Part shown: positions 10,103 through 19,804 of the stretch, in pieces | How the letters are laid out: every line of letters starts with the position of its first letter | How positions within the stretch are numbered: position 1 is the first letter of the stretch | Origin: an uncultured Fibrobacteraceae bacterium | GTDB taxonomy: Bacteria; Krumholzibacteriota; Krumholzibacteriia; LZORAL124-64-63 | Direction of reading: 5' to 3' | Length of the DNA: 64,000 nucleotides | NCBI GenBank assembly: GCA_964437115.1 | Contig: CAYTFE010000004.1 | Location: 1,942-65,941, forward strand | Program-made: the position numbers and the translations under genes | The notes under the pieces: generated by a model | What the model was told of the DNA's origin: nothing | Seen by the model: the letters and a program-made list of their open reading frames with translations, nothing else | Database searches by the model: none

Positions 10103-11565
10103 TGAAAAACATCGCGATGTTACTAACTGTTGTACTGCTGATGGTTGCACTTGTATTTATTCTGCAATCACCTGAAGAACAGCCGTATTCAACAAATAGC
10201 AAGATTGCCCTTGAGTTGCACAATCAAGGTTGTGACGCATCCTACTTGATGAAAAACGATGAAGCAATTTCACTTATGCTGAAAGCCGTTTATGAAGATC
10301 CGGGGTTTGCAATAGCTCAAGCACGACTTGCAGTTATGTATCATAGGAAAAAAGATGAAGATTCAGCAAAGCAACATACTGCAGCCGCAGAATCGTTACT
10401 GGCTTTTGTTGATTCTGATCTTGAACGTGACAAAATAAAGTTGGTTCTGGCCCAATTCCAACGTCTTAAGGCAGCTCAATTTGATTCATTGCTCAATCGT
10501 GTTGTGGAACAGGATCCTGATGATTTACATGTTATTATTCTCCAGGCTTCAGTGCTGTCCAGCCGCAGAGACCCTGGTGCAACTGATATATACAGATCGA
10601 TTATGGAAAAGAACTCAAACTTTGCACCCGCATATAACATGCTTGGCTACCATGCTGCTCATAATGGTGATTATCAGGAAGCTGAAGATTACTTCCGACA
10701 TTACAGTTATCTTGTTCCAGATATAGCTAATTCTCATGATTCTCTTGGCGAGCTTCTAACCTGGACAGGTAGATATCAGGAAGCTGAAAAAGAGTATCTG
10801 AAAGCGTTGGATATCCAGCCTGATTTTGTGCATTCACTAATTGGGATTGCAACACTTCAGATTAAGCAAGGACGAGTAAAGGCAGCCAAAAAGCTACTTG
10901 ACAAGCTTAGAATTGGAGATATTTCCAATCGTTATCAAGCAGAAATTAATGGGCTTGAAGTACAATGCTGCCTGGTCAATGACATAGAAGATGCAAAGCT
11001 GCAGGCTATCAGGCAGATGATAGATTCTTTTGATTCCGACATAGAAAAGTTTCCATGGGAAGCAATATATTCTGCATTACAAGGCGATAGTGTTGAATCA
11101 GATGCATGGCTAGACAAATTTAAAGAGACAATTGCAGGTACAGGATATGACAAATTCGATTTCGTTAAAAGTGGTATCGCCAATTTGATACACCAACGCG
11201 ATGCAATACTCAGTGAGCATATAAATGACTACCTTAATGCCGTAAAACATTGGCAGCTTTCACTTGAGGCTTCATCAGAAAATGCACCTCATGAAAAATG
11301 GTTTCAACAATGGAAACTTGGGGAAGCATATTTAAATAATAATCAACCGGGGGAAGCAGCTGTTCAAGCAAGACAAATATTGCAAACCAATCCTAGTATT
11401 TATCAGGCATGGCTTTTACTTGCAGATGCATCCATTGAGATTGGTGATCTCCCATCTGCCAGATCAGCACTAAACTCAGCTTCACCACTTATTGAAGTAA
11501 TTGATAACGATCTTCCAGCTCGCAGCAGAGCAATTGAACTTACAAAAAAAGCTGCACTCCAATAG
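10102..11565 (+). CDS. Tetratricopeptide-repeat protein with N-terminal membrane anchor
   Basis: 487 aa, repeated TPR-like A/Y/L periodicity; TAATG 1-nt overlap with upstream phosphatase gene. Confidence 0.7.
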   Translation: MKNIAMLLTVVLLMVALVFILQSPEEQPYSTNSKIALELHNQGCDASYLMKNDEAISLMLKAVYEDPGFAIAQARLAVMYHRKKDEDSAKQHTAAAESLLAFVDSDLERDKIKLVLAQFQRLKAAQFDSLLNRVVEQDPDDLHVIILQASVLSSRRDPGATDIYRSIMEKNSNFAPAYNMLGYHAAHNGDYQEAEDYFRHYSYLVPDIANSHDSLGELLTWTGRYQEAEKEYLKALDIQPDFVHSLIGIATLQIKQGRVKAAKKLLDKLRIGDISNRYQAEINGLEVQCCLVNDIEDAKLQAIRQMIDSFDSDIEKFPWEAIYSALQGDSVESDAWLDKFKETIAGTGYDKFDFVKSGIANLIHQRDAILSEHINDYLNAVKHWQLSLEASSENAPHEKWFQQWKLGEAYLNNNQPGEAAVQARQILQTNPSIYQAWLLLADASIEIGDLPSARSALNSASPLIEVIDNDLPARSRAIELTKKAALQ

Positions 11566-11598
11566 GAGCGCAGCCTGATTGAATCCCCAGAGCCTGAA

Positions 11599-12669
11599 TT
11601 AAACCTCGTTAAAGAAGTAAGGTTGTAGACACTGAACAATCTTTTCATATGTATCAGGATACAGAGCCCATACAGCAGCTGATACAGAGCTCAACAGACT
11701 ATTTCCATCCTGTGGGGTGAAACAGAAACCGGTAATCTCTGTGCCATCTTCTGAAACATGAATCCCATCATAAGGAATTACTGCCTGGTTCAAGATACGG
11801 CCATAGAACCCATGATCACGCCCAAATGAGAAGATTGAGTTTGCAGTATGACGGTGGGTCATTGCAACTCTGTCATTCTCCTTACATCTGGTCATCAATT
11901 CTTCTTGAGTAACCGGTTTTTTAACCTTCAAGTGGAATTGTAGAGTATGCATAAAATTAGTATTCAGCTTCAGTGCTGAAGAGAACAGTTTCAAATCGTA
12001 ACCCAGTGTACCAAAGAGATGCCATGCATCACGGGCATGGTGAGTTCCAAATTTCAAATCTTTGTGTGTTCCAACTTCAGGACTAGGCAGGAAGTTATCA
12101 TCCTGACTGACATCATTAGAACGTCGGATACAGACGAATCGGCCTTCTACAAGGTTGTCTGGACCTTCATCACCAATTCCGAGAGTCTCAATAATTAAAG
12201 ACAAGTTGTGAGTATTACAACTAACAACCTGCAAATACTTGTCTTCATCTCTATTCAAAATAGAATCATTGACTCCACGAGCATACTGTTTACCAAAACC
12301 AAATTCACTACCCTGAGCAATAAAGAGTTCAGTGTTATGCTCATACTTTGAGTACACATCTTCCTTCATTTTGTTACCCATTGGTGTACAGTCAATAACC
12401 ACGCTTGCAGACTCCAGAGCTTCCTCAGTAGTCATTGTTGCGTTGATACCGATCTCATTGAACTTGTCAATCCTATCAGCGTGTGCAGCCATTTTAGCTC
12501 CACGACGAATCATATTCTTCACTTTACTGCGGTCAGTCATCAGCGGAGAATGTTTGTGGAAAATAACATCATCAATACCGAGTTGGTCTTTGTAGTGACT
12601 GAATAATCCAGTCAGTGGCTCGCCAATTGTACCAGTACCAACAATAAGAATGTTCTTTGGGTTACTCAT
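11599..12669 (-). CDS. Type II (archaeal-type) glyceraldehyde-3-phosphate dehydrogenase family oxidoreductase
   Basis: 356 aa; ILIVGTGTIGEPL (Rossmann), VIDCTPMG, ELFIAQGSE, VVSCNTHNL (cf. archaeal VVSCNTTGL catalytic Cys), IRRSNDVSQ, THHARDAW all parallel archaeal GAPDH motifs recalled from memory. Confidence 0.6.
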   Translation of the reverse strand: MSNPKNILIVGTGTIGEPLTGLFSHYKDQLGIDDVIFHKHSPLMTDRSKVKNMIRRGAKMAAHADRIDKFNEIGINATMTTEEALESASVVIDCTPMGNKMKEDVYSKYEHNTELFIAQGSEFGFGKQYARGVNDSILNRDEDKYLQVVSCNTHNLSLIIETLGIGDEGPDNLVEGRFVCIRRSNDVSQDDNFLPSPEVGTHKDLKFGTHHARDAWHLFGTLGYDLKLFSSALKLNTNFMHTLQFHLKVKKPVTQEELMTRCKENDRVAMTHRHTANSIFSFGRDHGFYGRILNQAVIPYDGIHVSEDGTEITGFCFTPQDGNSLLSSVSAAVWALYPDTYEKIVQCLQPYFFNEV

Positions 12670-12768
12670 GATTCCTCCGTCAGAGGTGCATTATTGAAAC
12701 TTGCGGAAGTCCGCACTTAATAATTTACAACTGAATTATAATACCTGTTACAAGATTTTTCTAACCAA

Positions 12769-14109
12769 TTATTCGTGAGGCATTCTTTCAACTACACTGG
12801 CAAAAAACTTATGCGCTGAATAGTGAGACAAATTGCTTACCCTGCTTGTATAAATACACGCTACATCCCTGATTTGGCCACCAAATCGACTGGAAACACG
12901 CCCCTCACGGAATATCGATCCCCAATAGGGATTATAAACAGACGCAATCCGTTTTCTTAGAACAGCTCTACGGGCCAAGCTGGATTCAATTTGCTGCTGA
13001 ATTTCAACTGTGCATTCGTTAATTTCAAGCAAATGATCTTTTTCCAGTGATAGTTCTTCAATCATTGCCTGAGTCTCCTCTAAAGCCCTGATTGACCTGG
13101 ACACCGGTTCTGCGGCTAGTACTTCTGTTTCAACTTCAGGGACAATCATAGCTGTACGCCAACCGACACTTTTTTTACTACGCAGAATATCTCCGTAAGT
13201 GTGATCACCAAAATAGAGAATTTCATCACCCAGGGAACCTACTTTTGACTCCAGAAAAAAGGCATCTCCACCAGTGAAGCAGTTACATTTGCTATCAGTA
13301 ATTCTTTTGCCTTTCCCACTCTGCAGGAAATATCCCGGTTTACGAGCTGAACAAATTACCAGATCAAAATACTCTTCCCAGCTTTTATTCTTGCTGCTAA
13401 GAACAAAATCCATGACAGCGCTGGTATATGTATAATCAGAGTTGGTCAGTAAAAATAGCTTCTTACCTGAATGCCTGAACTTGTCCAATGTTCTGGCCAA
13501 AAGATCATCGCGTTTAAAGTACTTTGAGATATCGGCAACAATTTTTTTCTTTAATGAGCCATCTCTATGAATTGTATCAATTGCATGTCTTATATCATCA
13601 AACAAAACCCTGAAACTTACTTTGAGTAATTTAGGTTGATCGCCTTTTAAAGCAACCAGCTCAGTATAAAGAGAACCTTCTGGCAAATCGAATAAAGTAT
13701 CAACAACACGGTACCGTTTGGGGCTGAGCCTTATTCTCCCGCGCTTATAATACTTACGACGCTCATCTCTGCTGAGAAGTTTTCCACCGTGTCTTACCCG
13801 GGCAACATAGCCGTGTGTATCGACCTTGATGATGTTGCCATGCCGTTTATCTATTATCAGTCCTCGAGCAACAGCCTTACGATCATAACTGATATTTCTG
13901 ATGTCTTCCGGATACCCTTTGGTATTGATTAGATTATCAATTGCCATTTCAAAACAAAGCTGTTCAAAAGTAGCAGAATTATAGATGGCAAGTGTGTGGT
14001 CCATATCAAAACCGACAGCTTCAATAGTTGCCATCCGTAAATTTCGGTTGGTCCATACTCTCTGATGTGAGGGCAGCATCTTTGGCTGCATATTTATTAT
14101 TGAATTCAT
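12769..14109 (-). CDS. HAD-superfamily 5'-nucleotidase, cN-II (cytosolic purine 5'-nucleotidase) family
   Basis: 446 aa; motif I GFDMDHTL, motif IV LYFGDHTYGDIL (cN-II GDHIFGDIL-like). Confidence 0.75.
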   Translation of the reverse strand: MNSIINMQPKMLPSHQRVWTNRNLRMATIEAVGFDMDHTLAIYNSATFEQLCFEMAIDNLINTKGYPEDIRNISYDRKAVARGLIIDKRHGNIIKVDTHGYVARVRHGGKLLSRDERRKYYKRGRIRLSPKRYRVVDTLFDLPEGSLYTELVALKGDQPKLLKVSFRVLFDDIRHAIDTIHRDGSLKKKIVADISKYFKRDDLLARTLDKFRHSGKKLFLLTNSDYTYTSAVMDFVLSSKNKSWEEYFDLVICSARKPGYFLQSGKGKRITDSKCNCFTGGDAFFLESKVGSLGDEILYFGDHTYGDILRSKKSVGWRTAMIVPEVETEVLAAEPVSRSIRALEETQAMIEELSLEKDHLLEINECTVEIQQQIESSLARRAVLRKRIASVYNPYWGSIFREGRVSSRFGGQIRDVACIYTSRVSNLSHYSAHKFFASVVERMPHE

Positions 14110-14129
14110 ATTAGTATCATTAAACAGTA

Positions 14130-15488
14130 TTATGCAGGTTGCAACTGATTAACTGCATAATTTTCATAATATTCAGGGAAAAACTGTTTGGCCTTTGCTT
14201 GCCAGGTTGCTGCATTATCTATAAAGTTCAGATCTTCCAGGACTTTACTCCCTCGGCACCACGCCTCTGGAGTCATTTCGTTGATATTTACTGCTCTCAT
14301 ATAACAGCTTAATGCACGTCTGGAATTACCTTCATGCTCTTCGCAAATCCCCATACCGACGAGCGCATCTGTGTAGTTGTTGTCAACTGCCAGGCATCGG
14401 CAAAAGTGAGCATTTGCTTCATCAAATTGTTCCTGATTCACAGCCAACCTGCCAAGCCACATACTTGCATGGAGATCACGCCATCTCCGACCATCTCTAA
14501 TATTATTGTATTCAGGTTCCTTTATGCAATTTCGGAAATCTACTCGTGCGCTATCAGAGAGTTTGGCAATTATATCTGCTGGTAACATTTCCGGACTTGA
14601 TTCCAGGACAGATACAACAGAAACTCCACGCCACAGACGAACTAGCAAATTACCTGGCAACATCTCCAAGCCGCTTGTAACAATTTCCATTGCTGCCTGA
14701 TAATTATTCAATGCAAGATGTCCAGCAACCAGCTTTGCAATCAGATCATCCAGCCAATCTAATGTTGGATGAGCTTCCGGCGGTAACTCTTTGACCAGAT
14801 TCCACGCTTGAGAAAAACTTTCGACTGCTTTATTCAGTCCGGAAACAGGTAACGCAGAAGTCCCGTTCATCTGAATGTTCTTGCATCCATGCTGATAAGG
14901 GAAATATGCTGCCTCAGGGAAAAGATGCATTGCGGATTGCAGTAACTTGCTGTTCTGCTTTGTAAAATAAGTATCCTGATGCTCAGCAGCCCGGTTAATC
15001 TCAAGTGGTGATTCTTCGATTTTCAATCCACGTGTTTCTGCCCAGGCAGATAATTCAACATCAATTTCTTCATAAACCGGGTATCGATATTTGACAAAAG
15101 GATGATTGCGAAACAGGTTCACCTGCCATCTGCTTGAATCGTTATCATGAAGTTTAACTTTGAATCCTGCTACACCTTCGGTAGAAATCAGTTTATTCAG
15201 TTCAACTGGTCTTATTGGCGAAAGAGTATCACCAGGGTCAAGCATCAGAATCCAGTCTGAAGTTGCTTGAGCCATAGCTGCATTGCGAAGTTTGGAAAAA
15301 TCATTCTGCCATTTTGCACTGCACACCAATGCCCCAAACCCTTGAGCAACGAGCACGGTTCTGTCATTCGAGCCAACATCAACAACAACAATTTCATCCA
15401 CAACTGCCAGGGCAGATTTAATTGTGGCATCTATTATTTTCTCGTTATCGCGAGCAATCATGCAGAGAGTTACAGTTTTACGTTTCAT
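14130..15488 (-). CDS. Family 2 glycosyltransferase with C-terminal TPR repeats
   Basis: 452 aa; N-terminal GT2 (LCMIARDNEK...VVDVGSND...), C-terminal TPR-like repeats. Confidence 0.75.
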   Translation of the reverse strand: MKRKTVTLCMIARDNEKIIDATIKSALAVVDEIVVVDVGSNDRTVLVAQGFGALVCSAKWQNDFSKLRNAAMAQATSDWILMLDPGDTLSPIRPVELNKLISTEGVAGFKVKLHDNDSSRWQVNLFRNHPFVKYRYPVYEEIDVELSAWAETRGLKIEESPLEINRAAEHQDTYFTKQNSKLLQSAMHLFPEAAYFPYQHGCKNIQMNGTSALPVSGLNKAVESFSQAWNLVKELPPEAHPTLDWLDDLIAKLVAGHLALNNYQAAMEIVTSGLEMLPGNLLVRLWRGVSVVSVLESSPEMLPADIIAKLSDSARVDFRNCIKEPEYNNIRDGRRWRDLHASMWLGRLAVNQEQFDEANAHFCRCLAVDNNYTDALVGMGICEEHEGNSRRALSCYMRAVNINEMTPEAWCRGSKVLEDLNFIDNAATWQAKAKQFFPEYYENYAVNQLQPA

Positions 15489-15589
15489 CTAATAAGGACC
15501 GTTCTTTTACTGATTTTTTGGTTGTCACTATTCACATGCTATATTATCGGCTAGTGTTGCGAAAAGTTTAGTGTTGGATAGCAAGAGAA

Positions 15590-16147
15590 TTGGACCCGAT
15601 TATGACTCAGCCAACAGGCAGTAACAGACTTACACTAGGACAGACCCGGGCACTGGAGCGGATGCCGGTCTTTGCCTTATTGGACAACATTAGAAGTGCC
15701 TGGAATATAGGATCAATGTTCAGAACTGCTGATGCTTCTGCATTAAGTGGAATTTACCTGAGCGGAATGTGTGCAACTCCCCCGCGACCAGATATAGAGA
15801 AAACTGCCCTTGGCGCTACAGAAATGGTCCCCTGGAGCTACACCAAAGATCCTGTGGAAATTATTACAAGCTTGAAAGATGAAGGCATTGCCATTGTAGC
15901 ATTGGAACAAGTTGAAGGTGCAAAGCAATATGTGGATTTTGAATATCCGTTTCCTTGCTGTTTTGTGGTTGGTAATGAAGTTGACGGCGTATCTGCGGAA
16001 GTTGCTAAACAAGCCGACTATGCTGTGGAAATTCTTATGAGCGGAGCCAAGCAATCGTTAAATGTTGCAGTCAGTTTTGGCGTAATAGCTTTTGAAATCA
16101 GGCGTCAATGGAATGCGCGCCAACGTCGACTAATAACTCCGGAATAA
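15590..16147 (+). CDS. TrmH/SpoU-family RNA 2'-O-methyltransferase
   Basis: 185 aa; SpoU motifs NIGSMFRTADA, VVGNEVDGVS, SLNVAVSFGV. Confidence 0.8.
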   Translation: MDPIMTQPTGSNRLTLGQTRALERMPVFALLDNIRSAWNIGSMFRTADASALSGIYLSGMCATPPRPDIEKTALGATEMVPWSYTKDPVEIITSLKDEGIAIVALEQVEGAKQYVDFEYPFPCCFVVGNEVDGVSAEVAKQADYAVEILMSGAKQSLNVAVSFGVIAFEIRRQWNARQRRLITPE

Positions 16148-17199
16148 TTAACCCCCAACTTGGCGAATTCATCAAGCACACGGTTGATCAAGCTGGATTT
16201 TTCTACCAGAGGCAGGAAAGCACTCTTGAATCCATCGAGTAATATTTTAGCAATCTGATCAGTAGTGAGGTTATAGTGTTCAACAGCCAACTCCAGTTCG
16301 TTGGTCATAGTTGTACCTGATACTAATCTATTGTCTGTATTAAGTGTGACCCGCAATCCTTCTTCCATGAACTTCTTGATTGGATGACTGGCATAATCCA
16401 GGATTGCACCAGTTTGCAGATTACTTGCCAGACAAACTTCAACAGCAATTCGCCTGTCATTTACCCATTGCAATAAATCCATATCTTCTGAAAGGTGTGT
16501 CCCATGGCCAATTCTATTAGCGCCACAATAGTGAACTGCCTGATGAATAGACGAGGCCCCAAAGGCTTCTCCAGCATGAACAGTTACCGGCATATTGGCA
16601 TTGAGAACTTTATAAAATGCCTGTATATGGTCTTTGGCCGGGAAATCTCTTTCAGCTCCTGCTAAATCAAATGCAACAACGCCTCTGTTTTTCCAGCGAA
16701 CTGCAAGATCAGCTAACTCAAGAGATGACTCAACCGAGATGTGTCGAATACCACAAACTATCTGGCCGGTAATAATTCCATACTGTCTTCTGGCTCTATC
16801 AAGTCCTTTTTGCACAGCCTCAACTATTTCATCCAGATTGAGACCTTTTAATGTATGTAGCATTGGAGAATATCGAACTTCCATATACCTGACGTTTTCA
16901 TGATGCGCGTCTTCTGCAAGCTCAAATGCAATCCGTTCAAGCTCTTCTTTGGTTTGCATCAACTGCAGAGTGATGTCAAAAACCTTCAAATAATCTTCGA
17001 GACTTTCGCATCGTTCATCCACCTGACAGACAGCACGAACATCATCGTCAGTTTTGAAGTTAAAAGGGAGTTTATGTTTTGCGGCAAGTTCACGAACAGT
17101 AGAAATTCTTAAGGAGCCATCAAGATGTACATGTAAATCGGTTTTTGGCAATGCATACAATAAATTGATGCCTGGTTTTTCTGTCACTTTTTTCTCCAT
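16105..17199 (-). CDS. add: Adenosine deaminase
   Basis: 364 aa; LHVHLDGSL, HAGE, SLNTDN motifs; 43-nt convergent overlap with trmH-like gene. Confidence 0.9.
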   Translation of the reverse strand: MEKKVTEKPGINLLYALPKTDLHVHLDGSLRISTVRELAAKHKLPFNFKTDDDVRAVCQVDERCESLEDYLKVFDITLQLMQTKEELERIAFELAEDAHHENVRYMEVRYSPMLHTLKGLNLDEIVEAVQKGLDRARRQYGIITGQIVCGIRHISVESSLELADLAVRWKNRGVVAFDLAGAERDFPAKDHIQAFYKVLNANMPVTVHAGEAFGASSIHQAVHYCGANRIGHGTHLSEDMDLLQWVNDRRIAVEVCLASNLQTGAILDYASHPIKKFMEEGLRVTLNTDNRLVSGTTMTNELELAVEHYNLTTDQIAKILLDGFKSAFLPLVEKSSLINRVLDEFAKLGVNYSGVISRRWRAFH

Positions 17200-17519
17200 A
17201 TACAGATAATCCTGACCGGAGCTACATAAGCAGCTCCAGTCAGGATGATAAATGTTGATGCAGGCGATGATCCAGTTCAGACTAGAAGCGACTCATTGTC
17301 TTCCCTGGTTGCGTCGCACGCGTCACGAGTCAAGCCACGCGGACCACACCAACAATCATATATCAAGGCATTAGCCTTACCATGTATCATACACTAAACA
17401 ACCAAATCAATCAAGTGTCCAGCAATAAGTTTTTTGGAGTATCGACATTGGACAACTTCACCTGGAAACTGTATATTCCCATGTAATATATAATGATTAC
17501 TCTGGAAAGGAGCGCGTAA

Positions 17520-18308
17520 ATGCGTCCAATGCACAGATTTTTGTCCATAGTGACAGCTTTATCCCTGGTTCTGATTTGTAGCGGAGCTTTTTCTGTTGCC
17601 GTTGCAGAAGAGGATTCATTCGACAGCTTTGAAGATGAAACAGTTGATGATGTTGTACCTGCACATCATTCATCTTTTTTTGGGGTATCTGTTTTTGCTC
17701 AACACTTGATACCTATACATATTTTGAAACAGGAACTATATGACATCAATGACATGACTGCTGGCGGATTTGGTATGGGCGGAGATCTTAGAATTCACCC
17801 TATGGATGAGCTTGCTCTTTCTTTTGGTGCTATCCGCGGCGGCATGCCAATAGTTTCTGACAAGCCTGACGATATGGCTTTGATTAATGACGGGCTTCGC
17901 CTGAACGATGCTGCCTTGACTCCTGACTCATTTATCAAGCTTGATGGTTTCTATCTGTCCATGACTAACTATCTGGGCAACAAGATGATGCCTGGATCAA
18001 AGTTCAATCCTTACCTTAAAAGTAATCTAATGTATATGGACTGGGCCCTGCTTGAGGATGGTCGCGGTTCAGACATTATGACCTATTCAGAAGATGAAAT
18101 TGTTGGCAAGGATATCGGTGTTAGCTTTGGAATTGGTACTGAGTATGACCTGTCGTCAAAACTCAAACTGGACTGGAGTTCAACCTGGACATATGTCACC
18201 ACAGGTGATGAAATCAAATGGGACGGGTTCCAACATGAGAATGGAAGCTTCATGTGGACCAACACTCACTTCTGGAATATGAATTTTGGACTTGTTTACG
18301 GATTCTAA
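17520..18308 (+). CDS. Hypothetical outer-membrane beta-barrel protein (signal peptide, C-terminal YGF)
   Basis: 262 aa; signal peptide, alternating amphipathic strands, terminal aromatic residue. Confidence 0.45.
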   Translation: MRPMHRFLSIVTALSLVLICSGAFSVAVAEEDSFDSFEDETVDDVVPAHHSSFFGVSVFAQHLIPIHILKQELYDINDMTAGGFGMGGDLRIHPMDELALSFGAIRGGMPIVSDKPDDMALINDGLRLNDAALTPDSFIKLDGFYLSMTNYLGNKMMPGSKFNPYLKSNLMYMDWALLEDGRGSDIMTYSEDEIVGKDIGVSFGIGTEYDLSSKLKLDWSSTWTYVTTGDEIKWDGFQHENGSFMWTNTHFWNMNFGLVYGF

Positions 18309-18325
18309 TTAAATAGTTTTACTAA

Positions 18326-18355
18326 CCGGGCAGCATTAAGCTGTCCGGTTTTTTT
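18326..18355 (+). terminator. Rho-independent terminator after OMP gene
   Basis: ccgggcagc-attaa-gctgtccgg stem (one G-U) followed by ttttttt. Confidence 0.55.
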
Positions 18356-19049
18356 ATAACTTGCCTTTAAGATATCCTTGTCTCTTCTCTTCCTTGAACT
18401 TTTCGATTGCATATCTCAACATCGTTCTTGGCATATTTTTATAATGTTTTAATAGAAACTTTTCCTCTGTCTGTTGATCCCTGTTTCCCACTTCACGCAA
18501 CATCCAACCAGCAGCTTTATGGATCAAATCTTCCTCGTCATTGAGCAGAATTTTAGAAATGAGCAGAGTATCCTTGAACTCCCCATTGCGGATAAATTTG
18601 AATGTTGCAAGGATAGCAATTCTTCTCTCCCACAGAGAATCGGATTCAGCAAGCTTGTATAAAATTGATCTATCTCTGTCCTGTAAATAATCGCCTGCAA
18701 TGTTAGGTGCAGAAGTATCAACAAGGTCCCAGTTGTTAATATACTTTGTTTTTGAAAGGTAGATTTTGAAAACCGTCTCCTGTTGATCAGTTTTTTCATA
18801 CTGATAGACCAACGAAAGTAAAGCAAACAATCGGATTTCATGAAATTTGGATTTAAGGAGTCGCTTCAGAGTTGGTAGCGGTACAATCTTGAACTTTTTT
18901 ACAGCCTGTCTGATAATTGGAACTCTTATTCCCAGGAACAAGTCCCCCTCACCATATTCACCTTTACCAGTTTTAAAAAAACGTTGCGAATGTTCCGCAA
19001 TTTCTGGATTGGCCAGGCTTTGTAAATGGTCGATTATATTATTATACAC
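18354..19049 (-). CDS. DNA alkylation repair enzyme (AlkD-like HEAT-repeat glycosylase family)
   Basis: 231 aa; resembles DNA_alkylation family (PF08713) proteins. Confidence 0.75.
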   Translation of the reverse strand: MYNNIIDHLQSLANPEIAEHSQRFFKTGKGEYGEGDLFLGIRVPIIRQAVKKFKIVPLPTLKRLLKSKFHEIRLFALLSLVYQYEKTDQQETVFKIYLSKTKYINNWDLVDTSAPNIAGDYLQDRDRSILYKLAESDSLWERRIAILATFKFIRNGEFKDTLLISKILLNDEEDLIHKAAGWMLREVGNRDQQTEEKFLLKHYKNMPRTMLRYAIEKFKEEKRQGYLKGKL

Positions 19050-19060
19050 TTTAGTTGCCC

Positions 19061-19693
19061 TTACAGATGTGTCTTTGGTTTCTTAAATTTCCTGCCCCCG
19101 TTAAACTCAACACCAACAGAAAATATAACTCCGGATTTGAGCGGGCTTGTTGCGGATTTGAACGGGCTTTTTGTGTCTTTATTTAGAAATACAACACATT
19201 GAGCCCCAATAACTGCCGATACTCTTGTACCGAGTGGAATATAAAGTTTCAGAGTTGGTGAAATGTTCCAGCTGGTTTCAGGAAAATTCGGAAATCCAAT
19301 ATCAGCATTTTGGTTATCATCAATAAAGGCCATGCCAGTTTCAAAACCTGCAATCAGGTCTGAATTCCTGTATTCCCACAGTTTTCGTTGATACCCAAAT
19401 TGCAGAAAAATAACCTGATATTCTCTGACATATGGATTTTCAGTTATTGGTTCAAATTTGACAGCATGTCGATGAAAAATGAACCCTTTCCTGCTTGTCG
19501 CTTCTTCCTGTTGCCAGTTTTTTGTATAGAACCCGACTGTAAAAGAGAGAACTCTTGACTTGAGGTAGTCATATGGGTCATCTCTTTCGAATGGTTCATG
19601 GGTTGGGATATTGCAGTTATACTCAATATCCATTGCTTGAGAAAAAGCAGCACTGGCAATAAATAATATCAGGATTGTGGCTGTCAGCTTCAT
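19061..19693 (-). CDS. Hypothetical outer-membrane beta-barrel protein
   Basis: Start moved to MKLTATILILFIASAAFSQA (signal peptide). The longer track ORF (to 19765) overlaps the upstream ahcY terminator hairpin. Confidence 0.45.
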   Translation of the reverse strand: MKLTATILILFIASAAFSQAMDIEYNCNIPTHEPFERDDPYDYLKSRVLSFTVGFYTKNWQQEEATSRKGFIFHRHAVKFEPITENPYVREYQVIFLQFGYQRKLWEYRNSDLIAGFETGMAFIDDNQNADIGFPNFPETSWNISPTLKLYIPLGTRVSAVIGAQCVVFLNKDTKSPFKSATSPLKSGVIFSVGVEFNGGRKFKKPKTHL

Positions 19694-19744
19694 TGCTTTC
19701 CCTTTATTGAACTTTTCCATCCGGGTGGAATTTATCATACTCCA

Positions 19745-19780
19745 AAAGAAAAGACCGAGCAACAACAGTTGCCCGGTCTT
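19745..19780 (-). terminator. Rho-independent terminator downstream of ahcY
   Basis: agaccgagcaac-aaca-gttgcccggtct 12-bp stem (1 mismatch) followed on minus strand by UUUUCUUUU. Confidence 0.55.
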
Positions 19781-19804
19781 TGTGTCTATATCTCAGAGGA
19801 TAAA

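Noticed and set aside
12670-12768. Weak hairpin (TGCGG-aagt-CCGCA) between the nucleotidase and GAPDH-like genes as an attenuator
   Set aside because: Only 5 bp of stem and a poor U-tract; insufficient.
19694-19765. Longer N-terminus (MLLGLFFWSMINSTR...) for the 19061 OMP
   Set aside because: It overlaps the ahcY terminator hairpin; a signal peptide begins at the internal Met (19693).
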